A stretch of 64,000 nucleotides of DNA from a virus (taxonomy: Duplodnaviria > Caudoviricetes). The DNA is taken from IMG/VR virus record IMGVR_UViG_2974749168_000001, positions 4,191 through 68,190 of that record; one strand, written 5' to 3'. A program made the translations under genes and the position numbers. Below are positions 8,964 to 18,996 of the stretch, in pieces; position 1 is the stretch's first letter, and every line of letters starts with the position of its first letter. Below the pieces are notes generated by a model, which saw only the letters and a program-made list of their open reading frames with translations, had not been told where the DNA came from and ran no database searches.

Positions 8964-10691
8964 ATGAGGGTCGAGTACCCGGCGGTCGAGGACGACGACG
9001 TCACGTACCCGACGCTCGGGCCGCAGGTCGCGGCATTCATCGAGAGCCGATTCACCTACGGGCCAGGATCGCTTCAGGGACAACCGGCTCGGCTCACCGA
9101 CGACCAGCGCCGGGTGCTCTACCGCGCGTACGAGCACTTCCCGAAGGGGTACAAGCTCTACGGGATGGACATGTCCGGCCGACGCCGGTTCACTCGCGTT
9201 TCGTGGTCGGTGCGCAAGGGCTCGGCCAAGACCGAGTTCATGGCCTGGGTCACCGCGTGCGAGTTGCACCCGGAGTCGCCGGTGCGGTTCAACGGCTACG
9301 TCGAGCAGATGACCGAGAAGCAGCGGGATCTGTGGGACGACGAGGAATACGAGCGGTACCGGAAGTTCGGCATGGCGCCCGGGCGAGCGGTGAACAACCC
9401 CTACATCCCGCTGCTGGCCTACACCAAGGACCAGACCGAGGAGCTGGCGTTCGGCGCGCTGCGCTCGATCCTGGAGACCACCGACGACGCCGACAGGCTC
9501 TTCGACATCGGCAAGCAGCGCATCATCCGAAAGAACGAGTTCGGCGCCGAGGACGGCAAGTGCCATGCGCTGGCGGGCAACCCGAACTCGGCCGACGGCG
9601 CACGCACCACCTTCCAGGGCCTCGACGAGACCCACCGTCTCTACACCGAGACCCACCGCAACGCCATCGAGACGATGCTCCAGAACCTCCCGAAGCGGCC
9701 GATGGAGGACCCCTGGCAGCTCGCGATCACCACCGCGGGGGAGCCGGGGCAGGGGTCCTACGCCGAGGACGAGTACCGCGAGGGGGTGGCCTGCGCGCAG
9801 GGCAAGAAGAAGTCCGAGGGGTTCTACTTCCTGCATCGGCAGGCGCCGGACGGCTCGAAGTTCGACACGATGCAGCAACGCATGGAGGCGATCTGGTGGG
9901 CCACATCGCCGTCGGTGCGCGAGTGGACGCGCTTCGATTCCATTGCGGCGAACTGGGATCGCGAGGGTGCCGATAAGCAGTACCTGGAGCGGGTGTGGAC
10001 CAACCGCTGGACCCAGACCGCGTCGCAGGCCTTCGACCGCGATGAGTTCGAGGCGCTCGGCGATGCGCGATTGACGATCCCGGACGGAGCGTTTGTCACA
10101 GTTGGCTTCGACGGCGCAAAGTTCCAGGACTCAACGGGTTTCGTGGTCACCGACATCCTCACCGGTCGCCAGAATGTGCTCGGGTTCTGGGAGCGGCCCG
10201 ACGACAGCGAGATCGAGCGTGACGCCGACGGCAAGAAGGTGAAGTGGCAGGTCCCCGAGGCCGAGGTGAACGCCACCTTCGAGGAGATCATGCGCCGGTT
10301 CAAGGTCTGGCGGGTGTACGCCGACCCGCCGCACTGGGTAGAGTCTGTCGGCCACTGGCACGCGAAGCACCCCGACCAGGTCTTTGAGTTCTGGACCAAG
10401 GACCCGACGCGAATGTACTACGCGGTCAAGGGGTATCGCAGCGCGATCGCCAGCGGGTCTGTGTCGCACAACGGGGACCCGGATCTGGTCCGGCACATCG
10501 GCAACGCGGGCAAGCGGACCACCCGTGGTGAGGACGAGGACGGGCAGCCGCGGTTCGTCCTGACGAAGATCGCCTACGAGCGCAAGTTCGACCTCGCGAT
10601 GGCGGCGATCCTATCCTGGGAGGCGCGGATGGACGCGATCAACGAAGGGGCGAAGGCGCCGGTCCACACCGCTATCATCCGGGTGCGATGA
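8964..10691 (+). CDS. terL: Terminase large subunit
   Basis: Walker A-like VRKGSAKT, Walker B GLDETH, motif III ITTAG, nuclease GFDGAK...D and KFDLAMA. Confidence 0.95.
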   Translation: MRVEYPAVEDDDVTYPTLGPQVAAFIESRFTYGPGSLQGQPARLTDDQRRVLYRAYEHFPKGYKLYGMDMSGRRRFTRVSWSVRKGSAKTEFMAWVTACELHPESPVRFNGYVEQMTEKQRDLWDDEEYERYRKFGMAPGRAVNNPYIPLLAYTKDQTEELAFGALRSILETTDDADRLFDIGKQRIIRKNEFGAEDGKCHALAGNPNSADGARTTFQGLDETHRLYTETHRNAIETMLQNLPKRPMEDPWQLAITTAGEPGQGSYAEDEYREGVACAQGKKKSEGFYFLHRQAPDGSKFDTMQQRMEAIWWATSPSVREWTRFDSIAANWDREGADKQYLERVWTNRWTQTASQAFDRDEFEALGDARLTIPDGAFVTVGFDGAKFQDSTGFVVTDILTGRQNVLGFWERPDDSEIERDADGKKVKWQVPEAEVNATFEEIMRRFKVWRVYADPPHWVESVGHWHAKHPDQVFEFWTKDPTRMYYAVKGYRSAIASGSVSHNGDPDLVRHIGNAGKRTTRGEDEDGQPRFVLTKIAYERKFDLAMAAILSWEARMDAINEGAKAPVHTAIIRVR

Positions 10692-10698
10692 ATCGACC

Positions 10699-10707
10699 TG
10701 TTACAGT
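10699..10707 (+). promoter_or_regulatory. Extended -10 element TGTTACAGT upstream of portal
   Basis: Same TG-n-TACAGT as upstream of genes 40394 and 47852. Confidence 0.45.
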
Positions 10708-10731
10708 TAGCGAAACCAGCGAGGAGTCGGC

Positions 10732-12321
10732 GTGAAGGTGAAGTACGACCAATTGGTACGCATGACCGTACCAATTGAGGACGACCGGCCGCAGCCCGAC
10801 TGGTTCCTCATCTCCATGCTGAAGGAGCTTCTCGCCAAGCAGAAGCGGTTCGACCGGCTGAAGCGCTATGTCGAGGGTGATCCGCCGAAGCCCGAAACCC
10901 CGAACAACACCTCCCAGGATTCCTGGAAGGAGTTCGAGACCTTCCGCAAGAAGTCGCGCACCAACTACGCCGGTCAGATCATCGGCGCGTGTGTCGACCG
11001 CACCACGGTGCAGGGCTTCCGGACGTCGCAGGACCACGACACCGACGGCGACAAGGTCGCTCGGAAGCTCTGGGACGACAACGACATGGACGTCAAGGGC
11101 GACAAGGCGATGGCCGACGCCTACACCTACGGCGTCGGGATGCTGCTCGCGGACCCGCTGACGAAGAAGGCAAAGTACTTCCACCCCTGGCAGGCAACCG
11201 TCGTCAAGGACTCGGTCGACGACCCGAGAGCGGCGCTGTGCATCGAGCACAACCCGACCGAGGGCCGCGACTACGCCTACCTGTTCCTGCGCGACATCGA
11301 CGACTTCGGCGTCGGCAAGGGCAACATCAGCATCCACATCGCCGTGCGCGACCGGGACAACCGCAACGCCGTGCGCAACGGGCTCTTCGAGAAGGAAGTG
11401 CCGGTCAACACCTACCTCACCCAGCGATGGACGTGGTGGAAGACCGTCGACCAGGCCGACTTCCCCGCCCTCGACATCATCCCGCTGGTGCCGTTCGACA
11501 ACCGCGACGAGCGGGGAGAGTTCGAGAACGACACCGACCTGCTGGACCGGATCAACCACATGATCCTTCAGCGCGTGGTCATTGCGACGATGCAGGCGTT
11601 CAAGCAGCGCGGCATCAAGGGCACCTTCCCGAAGCACGACAACAAGGGGAAGGAGATCGACTACAACGGGATGTTCCCGGCCGACCCGAACGCGCTGTGG
11701 CTGCTGCCGCCGGACGCCGAGATCTGGGAATCGGGACAGACGTCCATCCAAGACATCCTCTCCGCGGTCAAGGATGACGTCCGCGACCTCGCGTCGGTCA
11801 CCCGGACCCCGATGAACTACTTCTCCTCCGACGCGGCGAACCAGTCGGCGACGGGCTCCGAGCTAGCGAACGACTCCTACCTGCTGAAGATCCGAGATCG
11901 CAAGGCGCGGATGCGCGGCCGCTGGGTGCGGTTCATGCATCTGATGTTCCGGATCAACGGCGACGAGCAGCGCGCGAACATGGAGAAGCTCGCGGTCATC
12001 TGGATGCCGAGCGACAACGTCTCGATCACCGATCGGTACTCCGCGGCGTCGCAGGCGAAGAGCCTCGGCCTGTCGCTGCGCACCATCATGCGCGAGGTGC
12101 TCAACTACGACCCGGAGACCATCGAGGTCGCCGAGCTGGAGATGATCTCCGAGACGCTGAAGAACGCGATCCGGACGGTCGATCCCGGGCAGACGACCGG
12201 GGCGAACCCGGCTGCGCAGACTCCGCTCCAGCAGCGCGCGGCGAGCGCGGCGGCGCTCCAGTCGAGCAATGGCGCCACCAGTAGGTCGACCGGCGCAACC
12301 GCGGGCCGGAGCGGGCAGTGA
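10732..12321 (+). CDS. Portal protein (SPP1 gp6-like)
   Basis: Follows terL; 529 aa; TNYAGQII...RTTVQGF and VPFDN...GEFE...LLDRIN motifs. Confidence 0.92.
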   Translation: MKVKYDQLVRMTVPIEDDRPQPDWFLISMLKELLAKQKRFDRLKRYVEGDPPKPETPNNTSQDSWKEFETFRKKSRTNYAGQIIGACVDRTTVQGFRTSQDHDTDGDKVARKLWDDNDMDVKGDKAMADAYTYGVGMLLADPLTKKAKYFHPWQATVVKDSVDDPRAALCIEHNPTEGRDYAYLFLRDIDDFGVGKGNISIHIAVRDRDNRNAVRNGLFEKEVPVNTYLTQRWTWWKTVDQADFPALDIIPLVPFDNRDERGEFENDTDLLDRINHMILQRVVIATMQAFKQRGIKGTFPKHDNKGKEIDYNGMFPADPNALWLLPPDAEIWESGQTSIQDILSAVKDDVRDLASVTRTPMNYFSSDAANQSATGSELANDSYLLKIRDRKARMRGRWVRFMHLMFRINGDEQRANMEKLAVIWMPSDNVSITDRYSAASQAKSLGLSLRTIMREVLNYDPETIEVAELEMISETLKNAIRTVDPGQTTGANPAAQTPLQQRAASAAALQSSNGATSRSTGATAGRSGQ

Positions 12322-13709
12322 CCACTCCCGGGTCGCTCATGCCGCGGCCGAGTCTGCTCGACGTGCCCGCGGTGCCGCCGGAGCAGATGACGGCCGAGGA
12401 GACCGAGGCGTGGACCGTCGCGCAGGTCGCAGCGATCACCCTCGCCGCCGCGTCGGCACGCGAGCAGATCACGAACAACGTTGTGCTGCAACTAGTCCCG
12501 CTGCTCAGGCTGATCAACCCGTATAGCGAGGAGGCGGTGACGCGATTCGCAGTCGAGGCTGCTGAGCTCGTCGCCGTGGGGATCAGCGAGGTCGGCCGCG
12601 TGGCCTGGTCCGCGGTGTCGTCGCGACTGGTCGTCCAGGGGCATTCGCTGAATCAGCGCTACGAGCCGCCGACCGACGGCCGGACCACCGCGCTGGAGGT
12701 GGCCTACAAGCGCGTGGCAGCCGACTACCGGCGCCGGGTGGCAGCCGGGTCCGAGTCGATCGCCGGGACGATCCAGCAGGCCGAGGAAGAGCGGTTCCAG
12801 GCGATCGGTGGAGCGGTCGTCGCCGAAGGTCGCAAGGGGGAGAGCAATGCCGAAGTCGCGGGGACGAAGCGATCACCGACGAAGAGTGGAGGCGCGGGCT
12901 CGGCGAGCGGAGGCGGAAGCGGAGCGGACCGGTCTGGACCCGCGAAAAACGACGGTGGTGCATCGGAAGGCGGCTCAGCGAGCACGGGTAGCAGCTCGTC
13001 GTCGTCAGGCAGCGCCACAGGAACTCAGCGAAAGCCGACCCCTGATCGACAGGTCAACCGGACCGCTGAAGATGCCGACGAGCCAACTCCGGGAGGAGTC
13101 GACGCTGGTCCTGCCGCCGCCGCAGATGTCGCCGAGGAAGACGCCGCTCGCCTCGAAGCCGAGCTTCGTCGTGAGGCAGCCCTGAGCGATGGCGAGAAGC
13201 GCCAGCTCCTCGAACAGGTCGCCCAGCAGGAGATGGAGATCCGGCTGGAGCGCATGGTCAACGACGACATCGCGATGGCGAACCGGTCGGCGTTCCGGAA
13301 CGCGATCAACGCGGCACCGGCGGGAGTGATCACCGGCTACCGGCGAGTGCTGCACCCGGAGCTTGCGAAGACCGGCCAGTCGTGCGGGCTGTGCGTCGCG
13401 GCGTCGACCCGCATCTACAAGAAGAAGGATCTGCTGCCTCTGCACAACCTGTGCAACTGCGAGCCCCAGGAGATCGTCGATGGCCGTGATGTCGGGCAGC
13501 AGATCAACGATGAAGACCTCGACATCCTCTATGGTGAGGCGGGATACAGCACTCACCGCACGGACCTGTCGAACACCAAATGGAAGGTCTTCGATCACCC
13601 CGAGCTCGGGCCGGTCCTTCGGTCGGTGCCTCGGAACAAGAAGAGCAAGCCCGCGGACATCTCGTTCAGCCCGCGGGAGTCAGCAACCGACCGGGGAGGT
13701 CAATCATGA
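12318..13709 (+). CDS. Head morphogenesis protein (MuF-like / capsid maturation protease class)
   Basis: Between portal and scaffold; GYRRVLHP...SCGLCVAASTRIY...PLHNLCNC. Confidence 0.75.
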   Translation: MTTPGSLMPRPSLLDVPAVPPEQMTAEETEAWTVAQVAAITLAAASAREQITNNVVLQLVPLLRLINPYSEEAVTRFAVEAAELVAVGISEVGRVAWSAVSSRLVVQGHSLNQRYEPPTDGRTTALEVAYKRVAADYRRRVAAGSESIAGTIQQAEEERFQAIGGAVVAEGRKGESNAEVAGTKRSPTKSGGAGSASGGGSGADRSGPAKNDGGASEGGSASTGSSSSSSGSATGTQRKPTPDRQVNRTAEDADEPTPGGVDAGPAAAADVAEEDAARLEAELRREAALSDGEKRQLLEQVAQQEMEIRLERMVNDDIAMANRSAFRNAINAAPAGVITGYRRVLHPELAKTGQSCGLCVAASTRIYKKKDLLPLHNLCNCEPQEIVDGRDVGQQINDEDLDILYGEAGYSTHRTDLSNTKWKVFDHPELGPVLRSVPRNKKSKPADISFSPRESATDRGGQS

Positions 13710-14422
13710 AGCACATCACCCGAACTCGCGCCATCGCCGCAGCGATGCCCCTCGATGGAGGGCTGCCGTTCGCCGGTCGCCCGGCACGAGCCGGTCGCGC
13801 GATCCCGCGTCGCGATGACAACGACGGCCACCCCAACGGCGGGAAGCCGAAGGGTGACAAGGACGATGACGCCGACGGCGGAAAGCCCGACGGGGGCAAG
13901 CCCAAGGGCGACAAGGACGATGACGACGACGAGCCGAAGCCGGTCGACGTCAAGGGCTCGCCCGAGTACAAGGAAGCCGAGCGCCAGCGCAGGGCCGAGA
14001 AGAAGCGCGCCGACGACGCCGAGGCTGCGCTCGAAGAGGCTCGGCGCAAGGGCATGTCGGACGACGAGAAGATTCGCGACGATGAGATCAAGTCGCGTGT
14101 GGCGACCGCCGTTACCGAGAAGGAGACGGAGCTGACTGATCATTACGAGGGTCAGATCGCCAGCCTCCAGACCCAGATCATCGACTCGACGATCGAGAGC
14201 GTATTCGCCGGTGGCGGACTGGATCGCAAGGATTACGAGGACGTGATCGCGACTTTGGACAAGACCCATTTCATCAAGGACGATGGGTCTGTCGACCGGG
14301 AGAAGGTCAAGAAGACCCTGGCCCCGCTGGCCAAGGCGGCGGTCTCGCGGCCCCCTCGGACGAGTAGCGCTCGACGGACCGAGAACAAGGGCTTCGGCCG
14401 TTATCTCGAATCGAAGGACTGA
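13706..14422 (+). CDS. Capsid scaffolding protein
   Basis: Charged, coiled-coil composition; position before decoration and MCP genes; GGGGAGG RBS. Confidence 0.85.
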   Translation: MKHITRTRAIAAAMPLDGGLPFAGRPARAGRAIPRRDDNDGHPNGGKPKGDKDDDADGGKPDGGKPKGDKDDDDDEPKPVDVKGSPEYKEAERQRRAEKKRADDAEAALEEARRKGMSDDEKIRDDEIKSRVATAVTEKETELTDHYEGQIASLQTQIIDSTIESVFAGGGLDRKDYEDVIATLDKTHFIKDDGSVDREKVKKTLAPLAKAAVSRPPRTSSARRTENKGFGRYLESKD

Positions 14423-14439
14423 GAGAAGGAGAAGGCTCC

Positions 14440-14865
14440 ATGGCCGGATTGACCCCCACTCGGACGAACAACAGCAACGTCCGCGACCACACCTGGCTCG
14501 CCTCGCGCGAAGGCGTGGAGAACGCGCGCAGCGTCACCCTTCACGCGGCCAGCCTCAACGCGGCCGGGTCGCACAAGCTGGAGAACTGGCTCCGCGGCGG
14601 CACGCCTCTCGGCGAGATCACCGCCGTCGGCGCGACCAAGGGCCAGTACGGACTGTACGACCCGACGGCCACCGACGGCCGTCAGAAGCACGCGGGCTTT
14701 CTGCTCGACTCGGTCCAGCTCTCGGACCCGGTCACCGGACAGGCGAACGTGCCGATCACCGGCGCCCTCCACGCGCGGGGCCAGGTGCTCGTCAATCGTC
14801 TCCCGGTCACGTTCGACGCGAGCGACGCGGACGTGTCGCCGTACTTCATCTACCGGACGCAGTAA
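14440..14865 (+). CDS. Capsid decoration protein (lambda gpD-like position)
   Basis: 141 aa before an MCP-E-type capsid gene; GKYGLYDP.ATDGRQ..AGFL-type motif. Confidence 0.8.
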   Translation: MAGLTPTRTNNSNVRDHTWLASREGVENARSVTLHAASLNAAGSHKLENWLRGGTPLGEITAVGATKGQYGLYDPTATDGRQKHAGFLLDSVQLSDPVTGQANVPITGALHARGQVLVNRLPVTFDASDADVSPYFIYRTQ

Positions 14866-14904
14866 GACCGGCTCGGACTGAGACCAGAAGACAGGAGAGG
14901 GTAA

Positions 14905-15975
14905 ATGCCCATCAATCGCGATTTCGTTGATCCCGCGGAGTTGACCTCGCAGGTGCGAGTGGCTCTGGCGGACTACGACATCAACGGCCCGAACACGCTC
15001 GCGCCGTACCTGCCGTCGGAGACCCTCGACGACATCGAGTACGAGGCGGACACCGGACAGGGCGGGCTCATCGAGGCCGCGATGTACCGCGCGTTCGACG
15101 CCGAGCTGCCGCTGGCGAACGACGAGGCGCAGGGCCAGATGCGTGGACGCATCCACCCGCTGGGCCAGAAGATCCCCCTCTTCGAGGAGGATCGGATTCG
15201 CCTCCGCAACGGTGCCGAGGACGGCCTGCGCTCCTACATCGACCGCGTGTCGAAGCGGATCGCCAAGGCCGTTGCGCTCCAGATCAACCTGAAGCGCGCC
15301 GAGGCCCTGACCACCGGCAAGCTCCAGTTCGTCGGCAACGGCCAGAACTTCCCGGTCGACTTCGGTCGTCGTGCGGACTTCACGTTCACCGCGGCGACCT
15401 TGTTCTCCGACCCCGACGTCGACCCGTTCGGCGTCCTGGAGGACTGGAACGAGGCCTACTTCGACGAGAACGGCTTCGAGATCGGCAAGATGCTCGCGCC
15501 GAAGGAGGTCATCAACGCCTTCTACCGGCATCCGCTGGTGACTGCGCTGGCCTTCGGCCGCAAGCTGTCCGACGTCCCGGACGGCGCCGTGGCGCCCCCG
15601 TCGGCGATCGACGCGCTCTTCGGCGAGCGGGACCTGCCCGGCTTCACCAAGATTGGTGGCCGGATCAAGGTGCGCGACATCAACAACCAGACCATCATCA
15701 AGGATCTGGTGCCGCGCGACGGGATCATCGCTCTCGACGGCGAAGGCGACGCCTCGGTGGCGGGGTCGAGCGAACTCGGCTCCACCATGTGGGGCAAGAC
15801 CATCGAGGCCGACAAGCCCGAGTGGGGCCTGTCCGCCGAGGGTGACGGCCCCGGCATCGTCGCCGCTGTCCACGACAACGACGACGTCCCGGCGCGCATG
15901 TGGGTTTCGGCTCACGCGATCGCGATGCCGGTCCTGGTCAACCCGAACTACTCGTCCTTCATGAAGGTGCTCTGA
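14905..15975 (+). CDS. Major capsid protein (phage major capsid E family)
   Basis: 356 aa; position; VDFGR...; C-terminal AIAMPVLVNPN. Confidence 0.92.
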   Translation: MPINRDFVDPAELTSQVRVALADYDINGPNTLAPYLPSETLDDIEYEADTGQGGLIEAAMYRAFDAELPLANDEAQGQMRGRIHPLGQKIPLFEEDRIRLRNGAEDGLRSYIDRVSKRIAKAVALQINLKRAEALTTGKLQFVGNGQNFPVDFGRRADFTFTAATLFSDPDVDPFGVLEDWNEAYFDENGFEIGKMLAPKEVINAFYRHPLVTALAFGRKLSDVPDGAVAPPSAIDALFGERDLPGFTKIGGRIKVRDINNQTIIKDLVPRDGIIALDGEGDASVAGSSELGSTMWGKTIEADKPEWGLSAEGDGPGIVAAVHDNDDVPARMWVSAHAIAMPVLVNPNYSSFMKVL

Positions 15976-15976
15976 T

Positions 15977-16435
15977 ATGGCGAAGAAGCTCAACACTTAC
16001 GTGTGGCTTCGGGAGCCCGGAGCTCTGGAGCAGACCTCGTTCGCCCCGGGAGACACCCTGCCGGAGTGGGCCGAAGAGTTGCTGGCCAACAGCCCGCATG
16101 TCTTCGAGGGGTATGTGAAGCCCAGCCGGAAGTCGACGACCGTCAAGGTTCCGCTCCCCAAGGATCAGCCGTCCGAACCGGCCGACTACAAGTCGACCGG
16201 CGAGGCGACGGGCAAGGAGCCCGCGGCGACCGAGGAGGGCAAGACTCAGCTCGACGATGCCGACTCCGACGACGACGAGGACGACGGCCCGAAGCAGCCG
16301 AAGGGCAACGCCTCCCGCGAAGCCTGGGCCCTGTTCGCCGGTCACGACGACATCGGGGTGCCCGTCACTCCCGATATGAGCCGTGACGACATCAAGGCCG
16401 CGTGCGCCGAAGCTGGCGTTCTCGACAGCGAGTAA
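15977..16435 (+). CDS. Head-associated hypothetical protein with an acidic linker and a short C-terminal helical motif
   Basis: FAPGDTLPEWA N-terminus; NASREAW...MSRDDIKAAC C-terminus; follows MCP. Confidence 0.75.
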   Translation: MAKKLNTYVWLREPGALEQTSFAPGDTLPEWAEELLANSPHVFEGYVKPSRKSTTVKVPLPKDQPSEPADYKSTGEATGKEPAATEEGKTQLDDADSDDDEDDGPKQPKGNASREAWALFAGHDDIGVPVTPDMSRDDIKAACAEAGVLDSE

Positions 16436-16482
16436 GACCGGACCGAGAGGCCCGACCAACAGGACCAGGGAGGGGTTGGCAG

Positions 16483-16938
16483 ATGACCGCATTGGCCACG
16501 TTTGAACACGTGCAGAGCGGATTCGAGAAGCCGATCCCGACCTCACTGAAGCCGAAGGTGGAAGTGTTCCTGGGTCGGGCCTCTCGTCGTCTGCACCTCC
16601 TGGTCCCCAAGCTCGCCGCCGCGGTCGAGAAGGCGCTCGCCGAGAGCGACTACAACCCCAGCGCCGAGGAGAGCGAGACCAACGAGATCCCCACGATCGT
16701 CGGGTTCGCCCGTGACATGATCGTGCAGGCGGCCGAGAATAAGCTGCGCAACTTCAGCGGGTATTCGTCCGAGAGCGCAGGCGTGTTCTCGGTGACCCGC
16801 GAGGACTGGTGGGCCAAGGGGCGCGTCGACTTCGCCCCCGAAGACCTGCGCATCCTCAACGAGAACATCGACGACACCTTCGGCGCTGTGCTCACCGGAC
16901 CGATTCGTACGTCCGTACCACCTCATCGGTGGCCCTGA
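16483..16938 (+). CDS. Head-to-tail adaptor
   Basis: Position; gp6/gp15-like helical pattern ending SESAGVFSVT. Confidence 0.75.
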   Translation: MTALATFEHVQSGFEKPIPTSLKPKVEVFLGRASRRLHLLVPKLAAAVEKALAESDYNPSAEESETNEIPTIVGFARDMIVQAAENKLRNFSGYSSESAGVFSVTREDWWAKGRVDFAPEDLRILNENIDDTFGAVLTGPIRTSVPPHRWP

Positions 16939-17330
16939 TGATCGGGATGAACGCCTGGATCGGCGGGATCGACATCGAGGTCTGGTCCGAGGCGAAGAAG
17001 GACTCCTGGGGCAACACGAAGCCGTCGGTCCATCGGCTCACCTTGGAGAGCGTCCCCTTCGTGCCACGCACGACGACCATGGCCACCAACGACAGCTTCC
17101 GCGAGCGCATCGAGAGCGGGTACACGGTGTACCTCTCGGCCGATCAGATTGGTGAGCTGGAAGAGGCCGACGAGTTCCGCGTCACCTTCCCTACCGGCCA
17201 GCAGGCAGCGTTCGCGCTTGACGGCTCGCTGGAAGGTCTCATGTGGGACCTGAACCCGTTGTCCAGCATCGACCTTGGCAACGAGGTCAACCTGAAGTTC
17301 CTTCGCCGGATCGGAGCGCGCGGTGCCTGA
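16938..17330 (+). CDS. Head-to-tail stopper
   Basis: TGATG overlap; DSWGN motif; beta-rich. Confidence 0.7.
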   Translation: MIGMNAWIGGIDIEVWSEAKKDSWGNTKPSVHRLTLESVPFVPRTTTMATNDSFRERIESGYTVYLSADQIGELEEADEFRVTFPTGQQAAFALDGSLEGLMWDLNPLSSIDLGNEVNLKFLRRIGARGA

Positions 17331-17688
17331 GGCAGGGAGCCACCCGAACGACGTCTGGCGCAACGGGTACCGGCAGAACACTCGCGGCTTCGGCCAACTG
17401 CTCCGACGCTCGAAGCCGCTCGATCGCGCGCTGCGCTACTCCGCGGTCCAGGTCGCCTGGTACTACCGGCGCAAGCTCCCCCGTTCCAAAGAGGCGGGGA
17501 TGCCCTCGGCCGACCAGGTGCGCGTCTTCAAGCGGGTCCCCGGCGGTCGGCGGAAGGACCGCATGGAGATGATGGTCGTTGCGTCGAACCAGAAGAACAT
17601 GAAGAACATGGCCCAGACCTTCCGCGCCGGACTTGTTCACGTGTCCGGCGGTCGGAAGATCTCGGCCCGGGGGAGGGTATCGAGTTGA
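17323..17688 (+). CDS. Neck/tail-completion hypothetical protein (basic)
   Basis: Position between stopper and tail terminator. Confidence 0.65.
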   Translation: MPEAGSHPNDVWRNGYRQNTRGFGQLLRRSKPLDRALRYSAVQVAWYYRRKLPRSKEAGMPSADQVRVFKRVPGGRRKDRMEMMVVASNQKNMKNMAQTFRAGLVHVSGGRKISARGRVSS

Positions 17689-18200
17689 CCTGGCAGCAAC
17701 CAACGTTGGACCAACTGATCGCCGAGGCGAGCGACCGCATCCCGGGGTTCAACAGCGACTTCCCCGAGGGTGCGCAATACGCCGACATCGAGAAGGTCTT
17801 CGCCTTCGTCTTGCGACCTTTGGTCGAACTCGACGAGCACATCGGCAATTTCGTGATCGCCGACTACGACCAGGACAAGCTCGACGAGAACACCGGCGCG
17901 GTCATCGAGACGCCGTTCATCGAGATCCACCGCCGCGGAGGCGAGTACAACCCCGACGACTTTTCGTACTCCCCGAACGTGGAGGTACTGTTCTGGGGTA
18001 AGTCGAGGGATATGGCCAACGGCACGGCTGACCTGGGGACGATCCTGCTCCTGGGCTGCGGTGGAGCCGAGGTAGACGGCGTCTATCTCGACTTCGTGGA
18101 GGACGCGACGGGCGACGAAGAGATTCGTCAGAACAACTTCGACGACCGCTGTGTCACACGACAATTCCGAACGGGATACCGACCCACCTACCCCGACTGA
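17685..18200 (+). CDS. Tail terminator
   Basis: Immediately upstream of the major tail protein; acidic; IHRRGG motif. Confidence 0.7.
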   Translation: MTWQQPTLDQLIAEASDRIPGFNSDFPEGAQYADIEKVFAFVLRPLVELDEHIGNFVIADYDQDKLDENTGAVIETPFIEIHRRGGEYNPDDFSYSPNVEVLFWGKSRDMANGTADLGTILLLGCGGAEVDGVYLDFVEDATGDEEIRQNNFDDRCVTRQFRTGYRPTYPD

Positions 18201-18228
18201 TCGGGACTGGAGATAAGGAGCAAGGCAG

Positions 18229-18912
18229 ATGCCTTCTTTCGCATCCTTGGCGAAGCGCCAGGGTGAGCTGATCCGCAAGCCGCTCGCGGGCATCATCGGC
18301 GTTGCCCCCGAAGACCTCGAACTGGACGCCGACTTCAAGTTGACCGCGCTCGCGGCCGGTGGCGCCATCGAGCTCGCCGATCTGAGCGACTTCGACCAGC
18401 TCGGCTGGGTCTCGAAGTCCGACGGCGTGGTGTTCTCGGCCGACACCGAGACTTCCGACGTCGAGTCGTGGGGCGCGCTGGAGCCGACCCGCTCCGACAT
18501 CACCAAGGACGTCACCTCGGCGCAGTTCACCTGCCAGGAGACGAACAAGATCGTCCTGGAGATGTTCTACAATGTCGACCTGGAAGCCGTTCTCGGCGAC
18601 CACGACACCGGCGAGATCGCCTTCAACCAGGCCGTCGATCCGTCGACGACCTACCGCCGGATGCTGTTCCTGTCCAAGGACGGCAGCGGGCCGAAGGAAG
18701 TCTTCATCGGCAAGCTGATGCCGCGCGCCGGTGTCACCGCGAAGTCGGACCAGAACTGGAACTCCGAGGACGCGCTCGTCCACGGCATGACCATCACCGC
18801 GAAGGTCGACGACGAGATGGGCTACGCCGTCCGGCACATGTTCGGCGGCGCAGGCTGGAAGGCGCAGCTCACCAAGATGGGCTTCACCCTGGCCCCCGAC
18901 CCCACCCCGTAG
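18229..18912 (+). CDS. Major tail protein
   Basis: LGWVSKSDGVVF...DVESWGALEPTRSDIT, typical of actinophage tail tube proteins. Confidence 0.9.
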   Translation: MPSFASLAKRQGELIRKPLAGIIGVAPEDLELDADFKLTALAAGGAIELADLSDFDQLGWVSKSDGVVFSADTETSDVESWGALEPTRSDITKDVTSAQFTCQETNKIVLEMFYNVDLEAVLGDHDTGEIAFNQAVDPSTTYRRMLFLSKDGSGPKEVFIGKLMPRAGVTAKSDQNWNSEDALVHGMTITAKVDDEMGYAVRHMFGGAGWKAQLTKMGFTLAPDPTP

Positions 18913-18915
18913 AAC

Positions 18916-18958
18916 CCAACCCGGCTCGCTCTTCCTCCCCGGTAGCGAGCCGGGTTGG
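18916..18958 (+). terminator. 15-bp perfect hairpin after the major tail gene; the loop carries an anti-Shine-Dalgarno-like sequence
   Basis: CCAACCCGGCTCGCT / AGCGAGCCGGGTTGG, loop CTTCCTCCCCGGT. Confidence 0.65.
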
Positions 18959-18996
18959 CTCCACCGGGGAGGACCATCTCACCCAAGGAGAAGACC

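Noticed and set aside
14861-16441. AGTAAGACCGG repeated at the stops of the decoration gene and gene 15977-16435
   Set aside because: Only two copies of an 11-mer that includes the stop codon; too weak to call a regulatory element.
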